Shown here: one piece after another, positions 14,096-29,772 of the stretch | Layout: every line of letters begins with the position of its first letter | How positions within the stretch are numbered: position 1 is the stretch's first letter | From: Octopus vulgaris | Taxonomy: Eukaryota | Assembly: GCA_951406725.2 (NCBI GenBank) | Contig: OX597830.1 | Coordinates: 76,942,001 to 77,006,000, forward strand | Direction: 5' to 3' | DNA: 64,000 nucleotides | The notes under the pieces: model-generated | Seen by the model: only the letters and a program-made list of their open reading frames with translations | Databases searched by the model: none | What the model was told of the DNA's origin: nothing | Program-made: the position numbers and the translations under genes

Positions 14096-14709
14096 GTTTT
14101 TATATACGTATGTACATGTGTGAGCGTGTGTATAAATATGTGTGCGTGTGTGTGCGTGTGCTTGTGCGTGTGCTTGTGCGTATATTTTACGTGTGTCTTT
14201 ATGTCTCTGTTTGCCCCCCCCCCCCCCCACTATCGCTTGGCAGCCGACGTTGGTGTGTTTACGCTCCCATATGGTTCGGCAAAACAGACAGATAGAATAA
14301 GTCCTGGGTGGATTTTTTTTCAACTAAAACCCTTTAAGGCGGTGCTCCAGCATGACTGCAGTTAAATGACTGGAACATGTAAACGAATAAAAGAATATAT
14401 ATCCTTTATCTTTTACTTATTTCAATCATTGGATTGCAGCCATTGTCGGGCCCGGCAGAAAGGGTTTTAAGTCGAACGAATCGATTATAATACTTATTGT
14501 AATTTTAAGCTTTCATACGTATTGTCGAGGTTTAATGTCGAACCGCTATGTACGGAAACGTAAACAAACCAACTCTGATTTTTAAGCAGTACTGAGAGAT
14601 ATCTATAAACGCAAAGACATACGCATACACGCATACACGAACGCACTCTCCCATATATGTATACATATACATACATACGTGTGTCTGTGTGTGCGTGTGT
14701 GTGTGTGTG

Positions 14710-14888
14710 TGTTGTTGTATTTCGAGACGGTCATTTTTTCCTTGCCAATTAAACACACACACAATATATCCGTTCTTCACTCGTTTATTATTGTTCTTAT
14801 TTTATCTTATTTTATCAGAAGAACAAAATGGACAAGGTAGAGCATGAGGATACATGTGGACTGAAAAGACACTGAAGAGGTCACAGAA
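14710..14888. mobile_element. Short inverted remnant of a PLE 3' terminus related to the 44-50 kb element
   Basis: 14710-14770 is the reverse complement of the GTGTGTTTA..TGG..AAAATGACC.TC.CGAAATACAACAA terminus seen at 27445-27497 and 50020-50078; 14872-14886 carries CTGAAGAG-GTCACAG. Confidence 0.6.
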
Positions 14889-14889
14889 T

Positions 14890-15160
14890 TTGTTAGTTTT
14901 GTTTTATGCAAGTGTTCTCATGCATATAGTGACATATCTAGACATGATTATATATATTTAAATGATAAACTTCAGGAAAGTATCACAATTTTTTACAGTT
15001 CTAGTGATGGCTTGAATCTGTAGTCTTCGAATCAGCTTTCTCCTTTCTGGTTTTGGGAAGCCTAATTTCTCAAGATTGTTACTTAGGCAGTGTGTTACAT
15101 ATCACAGTCCTCAATAATTGCAGGTATAAACCAGAACTTGTAATCTGGATAGAGTAGCTT
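14890..15160 (-). mobile_element. RLE-type LINE 3' end (same family as 7735-8315)
   Basis: Minus strand KLLYPDYKFWFIPAII...; nucleotide similarity to 7820-8080. Confidence 0.75.
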
Positions 15161-15656
15161 TAGAACGTACGTACTTGCGTACGTACGTACGTATGTATGT
15201 ATGTATGTATGTATGTATGTATGTATGTATGTATGTATGTATGTATGTATGTATGTATGTATGTATGTATGTGAGTATGTATGTAAGCATTTATGTATAT
15301 AGCCAGCTAGCTTGCTTGGTAGATTGTCATGCATATATAGAGAAATATAGACGAATAAATATATGCATATGCGTGTGTGTGCGTAGATATCTGCATGCAT
15401 ATAAATATATATATGCATATATGTATATGTGTTTACATATATTTTTGTATATAGGCATATTTGTATAAAGGTGCGAAAAATAAACATTCGTTCACATACA
15501 CATACACATATATGAAGAGAGAGTGGGGGTGGAGAAAGAAAGAAAGAAAAAGAGAGAAATGTACATATACTATACTTTATAAATACATACATTTATAATA
15601 TAAAATAAATATAATATACATGTTTATGTATACGTATATAATACATATCTCTCAGC

Positions 15657-15705
<49 letters not shown>

Positions 15706-17927
15706 TAATTTTCTGTCCCGTTATTGGTAGGATCAAGCTTTCGTAAATCAATTTGGCACGGACAATTTGACTTACGCAAGCTTGATCCCACCATGACAAA
15801 GTTGGCTATTTGAATTATATGCACTGCTGATTTTTGCCTGTTGAGTGAACTAGAGAAACGTAAAATAAAGTGCCATGCTCAGGGATGCAATGCACAGCCT
15901 GGAATCGAACACATGACCTTACGATTGAAATTCAAATTCAAATAACCACTAAGCCACGCACCTTCACTAGCATTCAAATACTGGACCGATGGAATATGAC
16001 TAAATTATCGTCTAAGCTGCTGAGTGTTCCAAAGACATAGGTATTCATAATGGTAAAATTAACATGATATCATGTGACAATGCTGGACTTTTGAATTATA
16101 AATACAACCAGAAGAAGGGAGTGACCGAGCGAGCGAGAGAGGGAGAGAGAGAGAGAGAGAGAGGAAACAATCAACCCAGTTCCTAACAGGTACTTCGTTC
16201 TTTATTTAATGACACCGAAAGGATAAAAGTTAAACTTGACCATGGCAAGATTTGAACTCAGAACGACAAGGACCGGAACGAGTATTGCAATGAAGTCTAT
16301 CTGATGATCTAATGATGTTACCTGTACAGCAAATTTCGCAGTTAATTAATGATGTGGACTAAGCAGACACTATAAGGCACCGGACTACACAGCTTACAAA
16401 TATAGATTTTTTATATAACTTACACCTTCCTTCAACGCTTTGCATTTAACCATTTGGAGTCGAATTTCTTTCTTTTTTTTCCTTCTTTCTTTCTTTCTTT
16501 TATTTATTCTTTTGCTTGTTTCAATCATTGGACTACGGCCATACTGTACGGCACCGCTTTGTACGGTTAGTCGAATAAATCGACGCCTGCAACTAATTTA
16601 ATCTGATTTAACTAATTTTCGCGTGTCTCTTTTGTGAAGTCACTAAGTTACGGAGTAGAGATGTAAACAAACCAGCACCGGTTGTCAAGTGCTGGAAGGA
16701 CGAACATAAACTCACATATGCAAGCACATTCATACTCCACCATATACACACACATGTAAAACTATGCACACGTATACACACACATATACACAAAAATACA
16801 CCCATATATATTACATACACGCACTCATACAAACACACGCACGCACGCACGCACACACACATAAGCACACATACTTGTCTGAACAAGGGGCATCTCACAT
16901 TTTCCGTCTACCAAATTCACTCAAAATTAGTCAAAAAGTTTAGGGCAATTCGAAGGAAACTTAGCTGCTATATCCCGCAGAACGATCGCGTATGGCTACG
17001 CAAAGGCTTCATCAATGGTTCTTTATATACCAGTTATATACAGTGGGTGGAAAAGTGAATCAGTTACATCCATTATCCTGCCAAAGGCAGCGAACTGGCA
17101 GAATCGTTAGCACCCCGGGCGAAATGCTTAGCAGTATATCGTCTGTTGCTATGTTCTGAGTTCAAATACCGCCGAGCTCAACTTTGCCTTTCATCCTTTC
17201 GGAGTACCAAATTTCAGGCATTGTGCCTCTAATGGAAAGTATTAATAATTCATCTCAAAGGCGATGAGCTGGCAGAATCACTAGCACGCTCGGACAAAAT
17301 GCATAGCGGCATTTCGCCCGTCTTTATGTTCTGAGCTCAATTCCGCCGAAGTCGATTTTGTCTTTCATCCTTTTGTGGGCGATGAAATAAGTACATGTTA
17401 AGCACTGGGGTAGATGCAATCGACTTCACCTTCCCCGAAATTGCTGGCCTTGTACCAAAATTTCAAATCAATATTAATTCGTCTTAAATACCAGAACAAA
17501 AGAAAAGAAACAAAACCGTTAAACCATTTCTCCAGGTTGAACAGAAGAAAACATTTTTTAAAAATCAAACCAAAAATAAATATAGGAATAGAATAGAAAA
17601 CAGTCAAGAAAAAGCCTTAAATAATTAAAAATTCTATATAAAGTTATAATATAATTAATCAATAATTAATTCTAAACATTATATGATTAATATAATTTGT
17701 ATTCTTACCTTATATTAAAAGCATTCTGAGATCTAACTTTTAAGATGTGGTTTCTTCTGAATGAGTATATGTTCCGTTTGTGAAACGAGCGGGAAGACAA
17801 TAACACCAACAACAACAACAATAACAAAGCCAACACTAACACCAACACCAACAACAGCAACAACAACACAAAAACGAACAATGAAACTATGAAAAGAGAT
17901 AACAAGGTTCACAAATTTATGTGTGTG

Positions 17928-18006
<79 letters not shown>

Positions 18007-18408
18007 TTATATAAATACATACATATATATACACACGTATATGTAGTTATTTACACACACACACACACATATATATATATATGTATGTATGTATATGTAC
18101 GTGTGTGTGCGCGTGTATACATGTCGCTGTGTTGTAGGGTTCATTAATGTCGGAAAATAACAGTTGGTTATAGATTGTACACTAACATACACGCACACAC
18201 GTATACATTCATAATCATAGACACACACTCACTCACTCACACACACACACACACAGCATACTCATACACATATGAATATGTAAATGAAAAGCATAGCAAC
18301 AGACGGAGAACACGCATACACGTACATATATAAATACATTTACACATATACACACATATATATACATACACACACAACACTCATGCATACATACATACAT
18401 ATATATGT

Positions 18409-18451
<43 letters not shown>

Positions 18452-19919
18452 TATGAAGAGAGAAAGAAAGAGACAGATAGACAGACAGACAGATAGACAG
18501 AGCGAGAGTGAGAGACAATGGAGTACATTTGTTTGTTCAGATATAAAATGGTGGGGTGAGACTTCAATCTGGCAGGAGCGACGGTGATGGTGAAAAAAAT
18601 TATTGTTCTATGGGATGTACATGAGATTCATACATATATACATACATACATTTATGTATATATATATATATATATGTATATACATCAAATGTAGATACAT
18701 AGAATATAATTCATTACATTGCCCTAACATGTCATTCGTTCATTCATTGAGTGTTTTCTAAGACCATTGACACCCAACTCCCCAATTGACATCTATTGTC
18801 CGGTGTTCGAAGGTTTATTATGATAAACGGCCGAGAGGCTTGACTTTTCAAGCGACAGAAGAAGAAAACAAAGAAGAAAAAAAAGGGACACACAAAAAGA
18901 AGAGCGAAAAGTGTTAAATGGCAAGACATATAAAAGAACAAAGACAATTACAAAAATAAAGAAATGAATAAAATGAATAAAACGAGGAACGAAAACTTAA
19001 CACATTGAAGCGAGCCACAGAGGGAAACTTTAAGAGGTCGTCAATTCAGCAAGAAATAGCTACTAAATCTTTCCTCAAAGCTTACAAATTTTGTTACTTT
19101 CACCCAACATATATTAGGGGTCCGGATTAAGAGACCAACAGAATATGTACCGGGCTTGAAAAAAATTAAAAAAACACTGGTATCGTTTCGTTTAACTAAA
19201 TATTTTTGAGATCGAGCCCCGACATGGCAGCTGTCCAATGACTAAAATATGTAAATGACAAAAGAGAAATTCATTAAAGTGTTGCCCGTCTTTCTGCCCT
19301 TATCTACCTTCATTTTCCTCTTCGAGTGGTACTTGATGGGGTCGATATGTTCTTGACCTGAGAGGAAAACTTTGAACTCCGTCTTTTCACGTTCTATACA
19401 TAACGTGTTTTGTCATAGACGCCACAAACCCTAACCACTAAGCCGCCCATCTTCACTGCGTATAAAATAATCTCAGACAAAAAGAAAACCTATCTGGTCG
19501 CTCATTAGAAGGACACACTATACAAGGTGATCCGAAATACACTAGAACAAGCCACTATAGCAACGCTGTTGTTTTACAGCTTATTGTAATGCAAGTTACG
19601 ACATCCCTTATATCTTCTGATTAAACATACACCATAAATTAAGTTGTACTATCAGGTTTAGTAAAAAGTAAGAACCGTTTTGAACCATGAAGAATTTGTA
19701 CCGGATTTTGCTGAGTTTTGAATTTTTTGAAATATTTTTTTTTTGCAATTGTCTGGTAATAGTCATAGACTTGCTCAAATGCATCAATAAATTAACATTG
19801 ATATTTTTTTCACTATTGTTACAATCATCTGAAGTGGAATTGTCAAAGTGCCATATTCGAGTATTTTTGCAATTAAACTTCAAAAAGGACGTAGAGCAGA
19901 TGAAACTGTTCGTGATATC

Positions 19920-21265
19920 AATATTTAGGGGTGAAAAAAGTATTCGTACAGAACATAAATAACTGATAATTCTGATTTAATACTTCGTAGCATAACCATT
20001 ATTCAGTTCCACTTGAACCAATCTCTTCTTGAATTAATTTTAATTTTCAAATAACGCCACAAATTTTCAATGGGGTTCAAGTCAGGTGACTGGCTTGGCT
20101 ATTCTAATAATTTTATATTGTGATCGACAATCCATTTTTTAGTAGACTTCGCCGTGTGCTTAGTGTTGCTTTCCTGTTGTAAAACCCACCCTTCTCAGAG
20201 CTGGAGCTTTTCTACAGAGTCCCATAAATTATTGTTCTAAATATTTTGGTACACCTCTGCATTCATTCTACCATCTATCACATGTAAATTTCCAGTACCA
20301 TTTGCAGAGAAACACCCCCACATCTTGATGTTGCCACCTCCAAACTTTACGGTAGGAATTGTTTTTTTCGGCGAATAGGCGGTACCATCTTTCCTCCAAA
20401 CATTACAACGCGAATTTCGTCCAAACAATTCAATTTTCGACTCGTCTGTCCATAGAACAATTTCCCAGAATGTATCAGATTTATCTTTATGTTCGTAAAC
20501 AAATTTTAAACGGGTATCTCCATGTCTTTTAGTCAACAGTGGAGTTTTTCTAGGAGAGCGTGATTTCAGTTCATTCCAATGACGTTTATTGCTGATTGTT
20601 CGTAGTGTAACACTAGTCCCTGAAGTTAACAAATCTTCTTGCAAATCCTTTCTGGTGATCATTGCGTTTTTTTTTTTTCGATTCTTTGCTTCATTTATCT
20701 TAAAGATCTAGGGGGAATCTTGCGTGGTGCACCGGATTTTATTCTGTTTTCAACAGTTCCCGATTTTTTTATATCTTTGAATAAATGAAGATATGGTAGA
20801 AAATGGAATACAAAGGGTCTCTGATATTTTCCTGTAACTTTTACCTGCTTTCTACTGTTCAATAATTAGGTTTTTCACTGAATTTGTGAGTTCTTTACTT
20901 TTTGCCATTATTACGATACTACTTTATGTTGTCTCAATGCTGAATGAAGAAGCTAGCGTTTGACACTTAAAAATGACAACTGATAAGATTATTGGAACAA
21001 ACGAGAAAGTTCTAGTAAGAAAAAATGATTTTAACAGTATTTTGTGGCATAGAAAATCATAAATTTATTCTGTACGAATACTTTTTTCATCCCTAAATAT
21101 TTATAATTGTATATAAATTCCTTAGTTACTATAATTTATTAGTTTCTTATGCATATTCTTAGTTTATGCATGTGTATGCAAATATCGTATCGGTATATCC
21201 CATTTATGTTCATTAGAAATTAAATAAAGAATTTTCACATGTACGAATATTTATTCCCCCCACTG
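19920..21265 (-). mobile_element. Decayed Tc1-like (DD34E) transposon with IR/DR ends; left TIR truncated
   Basis: ORF 20237-20662 ([27 protein letters not shown]) and [13 protein letters not shown] downstream. Right end ...TATTCCCCCCACTG|TA. Inner repeat TGTACGAATACTTTTTTCA at ~21071 mirrors 19920-19953. Confidence 0.9.
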
Positions 21266-21803
21266 TATGCACACACACATACACATACATATATATATAT
21301 ATACAAACATATATATATACAAACATATATATATACATATATATATAAACTTATATATATATACATATATATATTACTTAATTTCCATCTATCTATTTAT
21401 TTATTTATCATTATTTATTTCTACTTTTATTTAGTTTTTAAGTTATTCCATTTTATTTTCCATGAATATTTATAACTCACCACTTAGATACACTTACTGT
21501 GTATAACATTTAACTTCTTTAACCCACAATAAACTCACCATGCATCCTTCAAAAATAAGAACCTAAACCCTACAAAGCTCATAAAAACCCTCAAGTTCTA
21601 ACCCATAAAGTTGGAATATGACATTTTCTTAGCATTTAACCATATGTTAGGGATTTCTAATTAACTACCGGATAGCACAGAAACATATGTAGCTTTTTAA
21701 AATACTTTTTGAGCATTTTTATTTGTATTTTTAAAAGATATTTTTCAACATGTTTTGATATACAAATACATTTTTTATACATCCAATTCTCTCGATGTTT
21801 TTT

Positions 21804-21928
<125 letters not shown>

Positions 21929-22724
21929 ATGTATGTATGTGTGTGTGTGTATAACCATACATAGAAAATATATATATGCATATATATATTTATGCTCATA
22001 CATTCATAAGTGTGTGTGTGTGTGTGTATGTGTGTGTGTGTGTGTGTATGTGTGTGTGTGTGTGTACCTGTGTGTGTATAAGGTAAACTAACAGGGATTT
22101 AGAATCTGGGAAGGTACCTTTGAGCACTCTGATACATTCAAGATCTGGTTAACCGCATCAAATGATAAGGAACATTTAGAATCGTTTTTAATATTCAATT
22201 AACCTGGACTCCACTCGATAGGTAAATCCTGAGTTAGCTTTAATGAATTCCATGTAGCGTACAGTATATAATCCTTTCTACGATAGGGACAAGGCCTGGA
22301 ATTTGGGGCAAGGATAGTCGATTAAACCGATGACAGTTCTCGGCTGGTACTTAAATTATCGACTCTGAAAAGACGAAATCAAAGTCGACCCCAGCGGAAT
22401 TTGAACTCAGAACGTGGTAAAGGACAAAATGCCGCTTAACAGTTTTCCCGGCTTGCTAGCGATTCTGAAAGCTCGCCGTCTTCTTACAGTATATAACCAA
22501 GACATCATAACGAAGAATGGAGAATTATACATCTTCAAAATTTTATAAATAAATTTTGAAAATGCATAATTCGATGGTAAATGAGGATACCATCGCAACC
22601 CTCTGTCACTTTTGCCTCACATTATTTGTTTAGTCATGAAGGTGGTGAACTGGTAGAATCGTTAGCATGCTGAACAAAATGCTTAGTGGCATTTCCTCCA
22701 CCTTGACATTTTGAGTCAATTCTG

Positions 22725-22910
22725 GCAAAGAATTCATCAAGGTATCTTTTTACGTCATCCAAGGAATTGAAATTTTTACCATTAAGACTATTCTACAGAG
22801 ACCTGAATAAGCGGCAATCCGAAGGAGCAATATCTGGTGAATATGGAGTGTGGGGTAACATATTCCAGCCGAGCTGCAGCAATTTTTGTCTGGTTCCTAA
22901 AGCATCAAGT
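22725..22910 (-). pseudogene. mariner (DD34D) transposase C-terminal fragment
   Basis: Minus translation TRQKLLQLGWNMLPHTPYSPDIAPSD..LFRSL*NSLNGKNFNSLDDVK. Confidence 0.8.
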
Positions 22911-23039
22911 GCTGAAAATGAACTTTCTTATCTTCCATTTTAAAGGGTTACAAAATTAACACAGGTTATAGGATTATAAACCCTCTTCCACGAAAAGATA
23001 GCTTAAACTGTGCTCTAAATGAAGGTGTAGTCAAATCCT

Positions 23040-24095
23040 ATTTTATGGGCTCAACCATGTTCTAAAATAAGTCGAAATGTAAGCTACTATAACACATTAT
23101 GGGCCACTGATTTATTGAATGCAGAGAGTTCTGAGGTCCATATTTTCTTTATTCGGCTGTAATATTCTTTAGTGGCATGTGTTTTGTTACAGGTGCCATT
23201 CTATGATATGTTTTTAGCCACTCCTAGACACCTGTAACATTCCTCGTCAGATATAGGAGAAACAGTCAAATCATTGATGGAGATGTTGTTGGTCTGATTT
23301 ATAGTTTTTTTCCCCTTTACACTACTATATAACATTTGACCAAACTCCAACCCTGCATCCTTTGAGAACGTCGTAACTAGATCAAGGCTCTTTTTCACCT
23401 CGTGCATATTCTTTGTAAAAAGCTTCAAGTTATCCGGAAAGAAACTGAGTGTACTTTTGGTATTGGTATTTCTGCTTTCTTGTGAACCAGAGAGATATCC
23501 TTCAGACTTCCTTAACATGAACGACAAGGGATTTCCAGCAAGTACAAACAACATCACACACAGGCTGTCCCCTTGCGATACTGTATTCTATCAATGATGA
23601 TACAATCACTCTTTGTATTTAATTTCAAAAGGGAGACCCATGATGAAGTCAGGTCATCTATGACTTTGACTCAGCTCTCTGGAACTTTAGCAAGTTGAAG
23701 GGCTTCTAGCATCCATGAGTAGGGAACAGATTCAAAGGTTTTTTTGTAGTCTAGCCACATTGAAACTAGGTTCCTCCTATAAAATTTCGCACCTCTGACA
23801 TCAGAGATTTGCTGATTAACAGTTACTCGGTGCATCGCCAGATTTCCTTCTACCCAGCTGCTTGTTCTGCTGTGATGATATTCTTGGTTTCACAGTAGTC
23901 CTAGAAGAAGAGGTTTAAGCATGCTGTGTATATTTTATGCATTAAGCTCTGGCATACAACTGGTACAATTGGTCGGTATTTTTTTGTCATGTGAGTGGTT
24001 CTGCATTTGGGAATCAATTTTGTCTCTGCCAGAGCTAACCAGTGTGGTATGATATTGTTCCCAATGAGAGCTTGCTGGTAAAGATGGATAAAATA
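23040..24095 (-). pseudogene. Reverse-transcriptase fragment of an RLE-type LINE
   Basis: Minus strand LDYKKTFESVPYSW, GDSLCVMLFVLAGNPLSF and FPDNLKLF (degenerate YxDD region). Confidence 0.75.
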
Positions 24096-24442
24096 TGGTA
24101 TGTATATAAGTATGTATGATTGTATGCATATTTATATATATGTATGTATGCACGTATGTATATCTGTATGTATTTATGTATGCATGTATGTTTGTATGCT
24201 TGTTTGTTTGCATGCACGTATGTCTTTTATATCCCTTTTATGTCTTCTTTCTTCAGCAACAGTCATTGCTGAACAGTTAACGGCGTCGGAGAGCATAAAG
24301 ATATATTCTTTAATTGTATTCAAGCAGTGTATTACCACCCATCTCTTCTTCCTTCTCTCTTTCTCACTTTCTCTCTCTCTCCACCACCCCACCACACAGG
24401 GGGATACACATAAGCACACATGGACACACACATTCGTACACA

Positions 24443-25019
24443 CAGGGCCGGATTAAAACCTACAGAGGCCCTAAGCACTTAAAAGGTTTTGGCGCCCTCA
24501 ACTATATGTAATTGGTTCAAAATGTAAAGAAAATAATTCAAGGGCGCATTTATTTTGTGGACGTCCAATGGCCCAGTGGTTAGGGCAGCGGACTCGCGGT
24601 CGGCGGATCGCGTTTTCGATTCCCAGACCGGTCGTTGTGAGTGTTTATTGAGCGAAAACGACATAGAAACTGGGAAACCGGGCCCATGAACCTGGCTAGG
24701 CTTGAAAAGGGCACATGACAAAAAAAATAGAAGATGGAAAATAATGTTTATTTTTCTATGCTTCCATTTTATTTATATTTGAAAAGTTTTCTCTTCCGTT
24801 TTGTTTTTTTAATTGCTAAGTATTTGATGATATCGTAAAAATTAATTTTCCGTAAAATTCTGCTCTTGTACTTAGTAAAGATAAGACATTACATATAGTA
24901 TTTTAGTAAGTTTAAAGTATTTCTTTCGTGCCGTAAACCATTTTCATTCCTGTGGTGCCCCCTTCCCTTGGTGCCCTAAGCACGTGCTTAATATCCCTTA
25001 ATAGATTAATCCAGCGCTG
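24443..25019. mobile_element. Non-autonomous hAT-type MITE
   Basis: TIRs CAGGGCCGGATTAA / TTAATCCAGCGCTG (12/14). 8-bp flanks CGTACACA and CGTATGCA form a degenerate TSD. Subterminal GCCCTAAGCAC repeats. Confidence 0.75.
24557..24727 (+). mobile_element. tRNA-derived SINE nested in the MITE
   Basis: TGGCCCAGTGGTTAGGGCAGCGGACTCGCG...TTCGATTCCC A/B boxes; A-rich tail. Confidence 0.75.
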
Positions 25020-25330
25020 CGTATGCACATGCAGAACATTGTATATACAAAAGCTATAGTTGAGCTATTTCCAGTTTCGTGCTTAAAAAGTACACTTATT
25101 TGGCCTTTTGTAAGACGCACAATTTACGATCTGGCAATCATTTGCATTCATGAGAAGGTTTCACAGGCAAGATCCACTCCTTACGGTGTTGTTATTATTT
25201 CTTATATCATTTTGATTCACTGATAATGCTAGAGTTATCTTCCTTGGTTACAGCCTTTAAGATTTACATCTCGAAACTCAAGTCTTTCACCTCAATATAT
25301 TACATATGTGGAAGTCTGCCTCGCACACGC

Positions 25331-25471
<141 letters not shown>

Positions 25472-25476
25472 CTGCG

Positions 25477-25523
<47 letters not shown>

Positions 25524-25715
25524 GGGTATACATATATATACATATATATATATGCATATATATATGATTATATATCTATACATATATACGTCTGTGTGTA
25601 TATATATATATATGCGTGTGTATGTATCTATCTACGTGTCTATCTATATGTATATATACACATATACATATACAAGTTTGTTCACACGAGCACGCACTCA
25701 CACATACACACATAT

Positions 25716-25759
<44 letters not shown>

Positions 25760-25772
25760 ATATGTATATATT

Positions 25773-25870
<98 letters not shown>

Positions 25871-26317
25871 CACATGACTAGGTGTATTTATGTATAAAAC
25901 ATGTGTATACACTATATATTTGTAATAGTGGGCGGAGACATACTTAACTATAAATGGCTGGTAAGGACCTCTTAAAGACTTCGAATTAAGTGTGTTAAAA
26001 TGGTAAATAGAGTCGGGTTACAGTAAGGCTTAAATCTACTTAAATATCAACTTTCTTTAGTTTATTTTATTCGTATATTTCTTACGTTTTTTTGGTCTTT
26101 TATTTTTTTAAATTGTATTTGAATTTTTATAGCATTTTTTTTCTTCGTATTTGTTCGTTTTTAATCGACTCTTGACTAGAAGGGTGAAGAAAGTGAGGGA
26201 AAAAATGGTAAACTTTCTGGTTGATATTCCAAACACTCTTTCAAGATGTATCCACTTGAAGGGTTGCAGCGGAGTGGCGAGAGGTTGGGGTAGATGGAGA
26301 GAGATTGAGGGTGGATG

Positions 26318-26348
<31 letters not shown>

Positions 26349-26597
26349 CGGGGAGAGTGGGGGGGAGCAGGGGAGAAAGAAGGAAAGAGAGTGAATTAGT
26401 AACGACAAAGACAAAATGAACATCAACAACAGCAACAACGATGACGACGACGATAACAGCAACAACAGCAATAACAACAACAGCAACAACATCAAGAACG
26501 AGGATTATGATGATGACGAAGAAGTGCAGACGATAAGAATATGAACTTACTATATCTTTATCAGGTTTAAACACATAGCAAAGAAATCAAAATCTGC

Positions 26598-26864
<267 letters not shown>

Positions 26865-27180
26865 AACACCGTGTAGTGATGGTAATGATGACGGTGATGA
26901 TGATGATGATTAGGATGACGGTGGCCACATTCATGCTTACGATGATAAAGATGTCAATAAGAATGATAATAGTGATGATGATACTGATGTTGATGATTGT
27001 AAATGATTATAAATGTGTGTGTGCGTGTATATGTATAATATAAATTGGACATGGGCGATCGTTATTATATACACAAACACACACACACACACACATATAT
27101 ATATATGTGTTTGTATACGTATGTATATATATGAGTATGTATACATATATATGAGTATGTATATGTATATATAATATATA

Positions 27181-27537
27181 TATTGTTTATTTCGGGATGG
27201 TTATTGTGTTTATGTGTGTATACTTATGCGCTTACACATACACACGCGCATGCACGCATGCGCACATAAGGATACATAACTTAGAAGAACGGAATGGAGT
27301 AAGTGGGGCAAGCACACACACGTAACTGAAAAGTGTTGCTAAAGTGGTCACAGGTGTGTGACGAAAGATTCCTGGACATTGAACGTGAGTTAAAGTAATA
27401 AAATAAGAGCAGTAATAAACAAGTAAAGAAAAAAAGATATAGTGCGTGTGTTTATTTGGAAAAAAAGGGAAAATGACCATCCCGAAATACAACAATATCG
27501 GTTTCAACACACGATTTCACATCAGGAATCTTGCAAC

Positions 27538-27545
<8 letters not shown>
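27181..27545 (+). mobile_element. Truncated PLE 3' terminus with short inverted 5' piece, inside (TA)n
   Basis: 27340-27545 is homologous to 49918-50078 and to the reverse complement of 44190-44300; 27181-27205 is an inverted copy of 27472-27497. Confidence 0.7.
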
Positions 27546-27604
<59 letters not shown>

Positions 27605-27683
27605 TCATATTTATATGTATGTATATATATAAACATATATATATATATTTATATATATATATATTTATATATTTATATGTATG

Positions 27684-27723
<40 letters not shown>

Positions 27724-28684
27724 TACATGCATATATGTATGTATGTATGTATGTATATATGTATGCGTCTATGCCTCTCTTTCTCTTTCACAGCATCCTA
27801 CATATATTTATGGGATTACGTTTTCTTGTGCAAGCTATGAAATCCTACTCAATACACCTTTGTGTAGTACAGACGACGTACTTCTCCTCTCTTCCAATTT
27901 CATATTTTTGTAGATTTGTTAGGTGACAGAAAAATGTTTTGCTGATACCTGCATGAATGAACAAGCTGTATTGCATGTAATATCGACTTCTTAAGAATTT
28001 TCAGTTCGTTGTAGTACAAAGTGTGAAATATTGTTAGGACATTGTCTTCACTTAATAATACTTTACCGTACAGTGTGTCTGCTCTACTTTTTACCACATC
28101 TTTAAAATTGTTCGGTAGATCAGAGAGGACATATAAGCTGCTTTATCCTAGCGAAGTCTGTTTGAAAATGGTCGATCCCCAATACAAGATGATCTGTAGA
28201 AATCTTGAGAAACAACGAGGTTTTTCCACATAACATTCTGTGATGCACCGAGAGACATCAGCAGTGACGTTTCTTAGGGTCATAGCTGTTTCGGACCTTT
28301 CAAGAGCAGTCAACTTCACTCAGGTCACCCAGCCAGGATTGATTAAACTTCAGGTTTTATCCACTTAGCACTATTCCTAGAATCATTACCCCTACCAGAG
28401 CTCGCACCATCTAATCCACGACCACATTGAGGCGACCTCCACTGCCTCAATATCCAACCTGATGGCCTTCTGCGTACTGGCCTCTGTGAGCGCCTGTGAT
28501 GTTAAGCATATTGTAAGCACTTGACAACCCACTGCATCCCAACTTAATGGGATCGCACCTTGCCTACCATCCATTGCTTTAATATAGCCCCACCATCTCA
28601 TCATATTTCCTCTTATTCTCATTTACTTCCTCGGTGCAGTCGTCTCAGAAAACGACGAGTTCTCACAGCACTATCTACTTGGAT

Positions 28685-29155
<471 letters not shown>

Positions 29156-29484
29156 ACTGTTGACATCAACACCATATCCGTCCTTGTTTCTGCGAATTTC
29201 AGCTGCTTCCTCTGGTCGCTTTTCAACTCGCTGTCTTTTACTGTTGCAAGTAGGCCTGATGAGGCAGACCTGGCTGTTGGCGGCTTCTTCAGGCCAGCCT
29301 TGACAACGGTGTTCCATAAACGACTGCAAAATATTTAGTTAAGTTGCTTTAACCATTCTGAGAGTGAGTTATATATTTTTGTCTCCTAAAATACCAAACT
29401 TTTGACGAATATGTTTCTCGTATCAGATTCTTCAGAAAAATTCTCAGAGGATTGGCAGTACTTAACGTTTCTTTGAATCTTTCG

Positions 29485-29517
29485 TTCTTTCTTTCTGTCT
29501 TTCTTTCTTTCCTTTTT

Positions 29518-29573
<56 letters not shown>

Positions 29574-29697
29574 TCCTTCATTCCTTCTTTCCTTCCTTCT
29601 TCCTTCCTTCCTTCATTTCTTTCTTTCTTTCTTTCTTTTTCTCTCCAGTTTTCTTTCTTTCTCCCTTTCTCTTTCTTTCTTCCTTTCTTTCTTACTC

Positions 29698-29746
<49 letters not shown>

Positions 29747-29772
29747 TTTCCTATCTGTCTTCCTTTCTTTCT
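29485..29772. repeat. (TTTC)n polypyrimidine tract
   Basis: Direct observation. Confidence 0.9.

Noticed and set aside
24565-24635. tRNA genes (also the heads at 52, 6097, 7030-7110 and 14030-14090)
   Set aside because: A/B-box heads run into SINE bodies and lack a complete cloverleaf/acceptor stem.
29250-29300. CTGATGAG hammerhead core
   Set aside because: No downstream GAAA or stem III at a compatible position.
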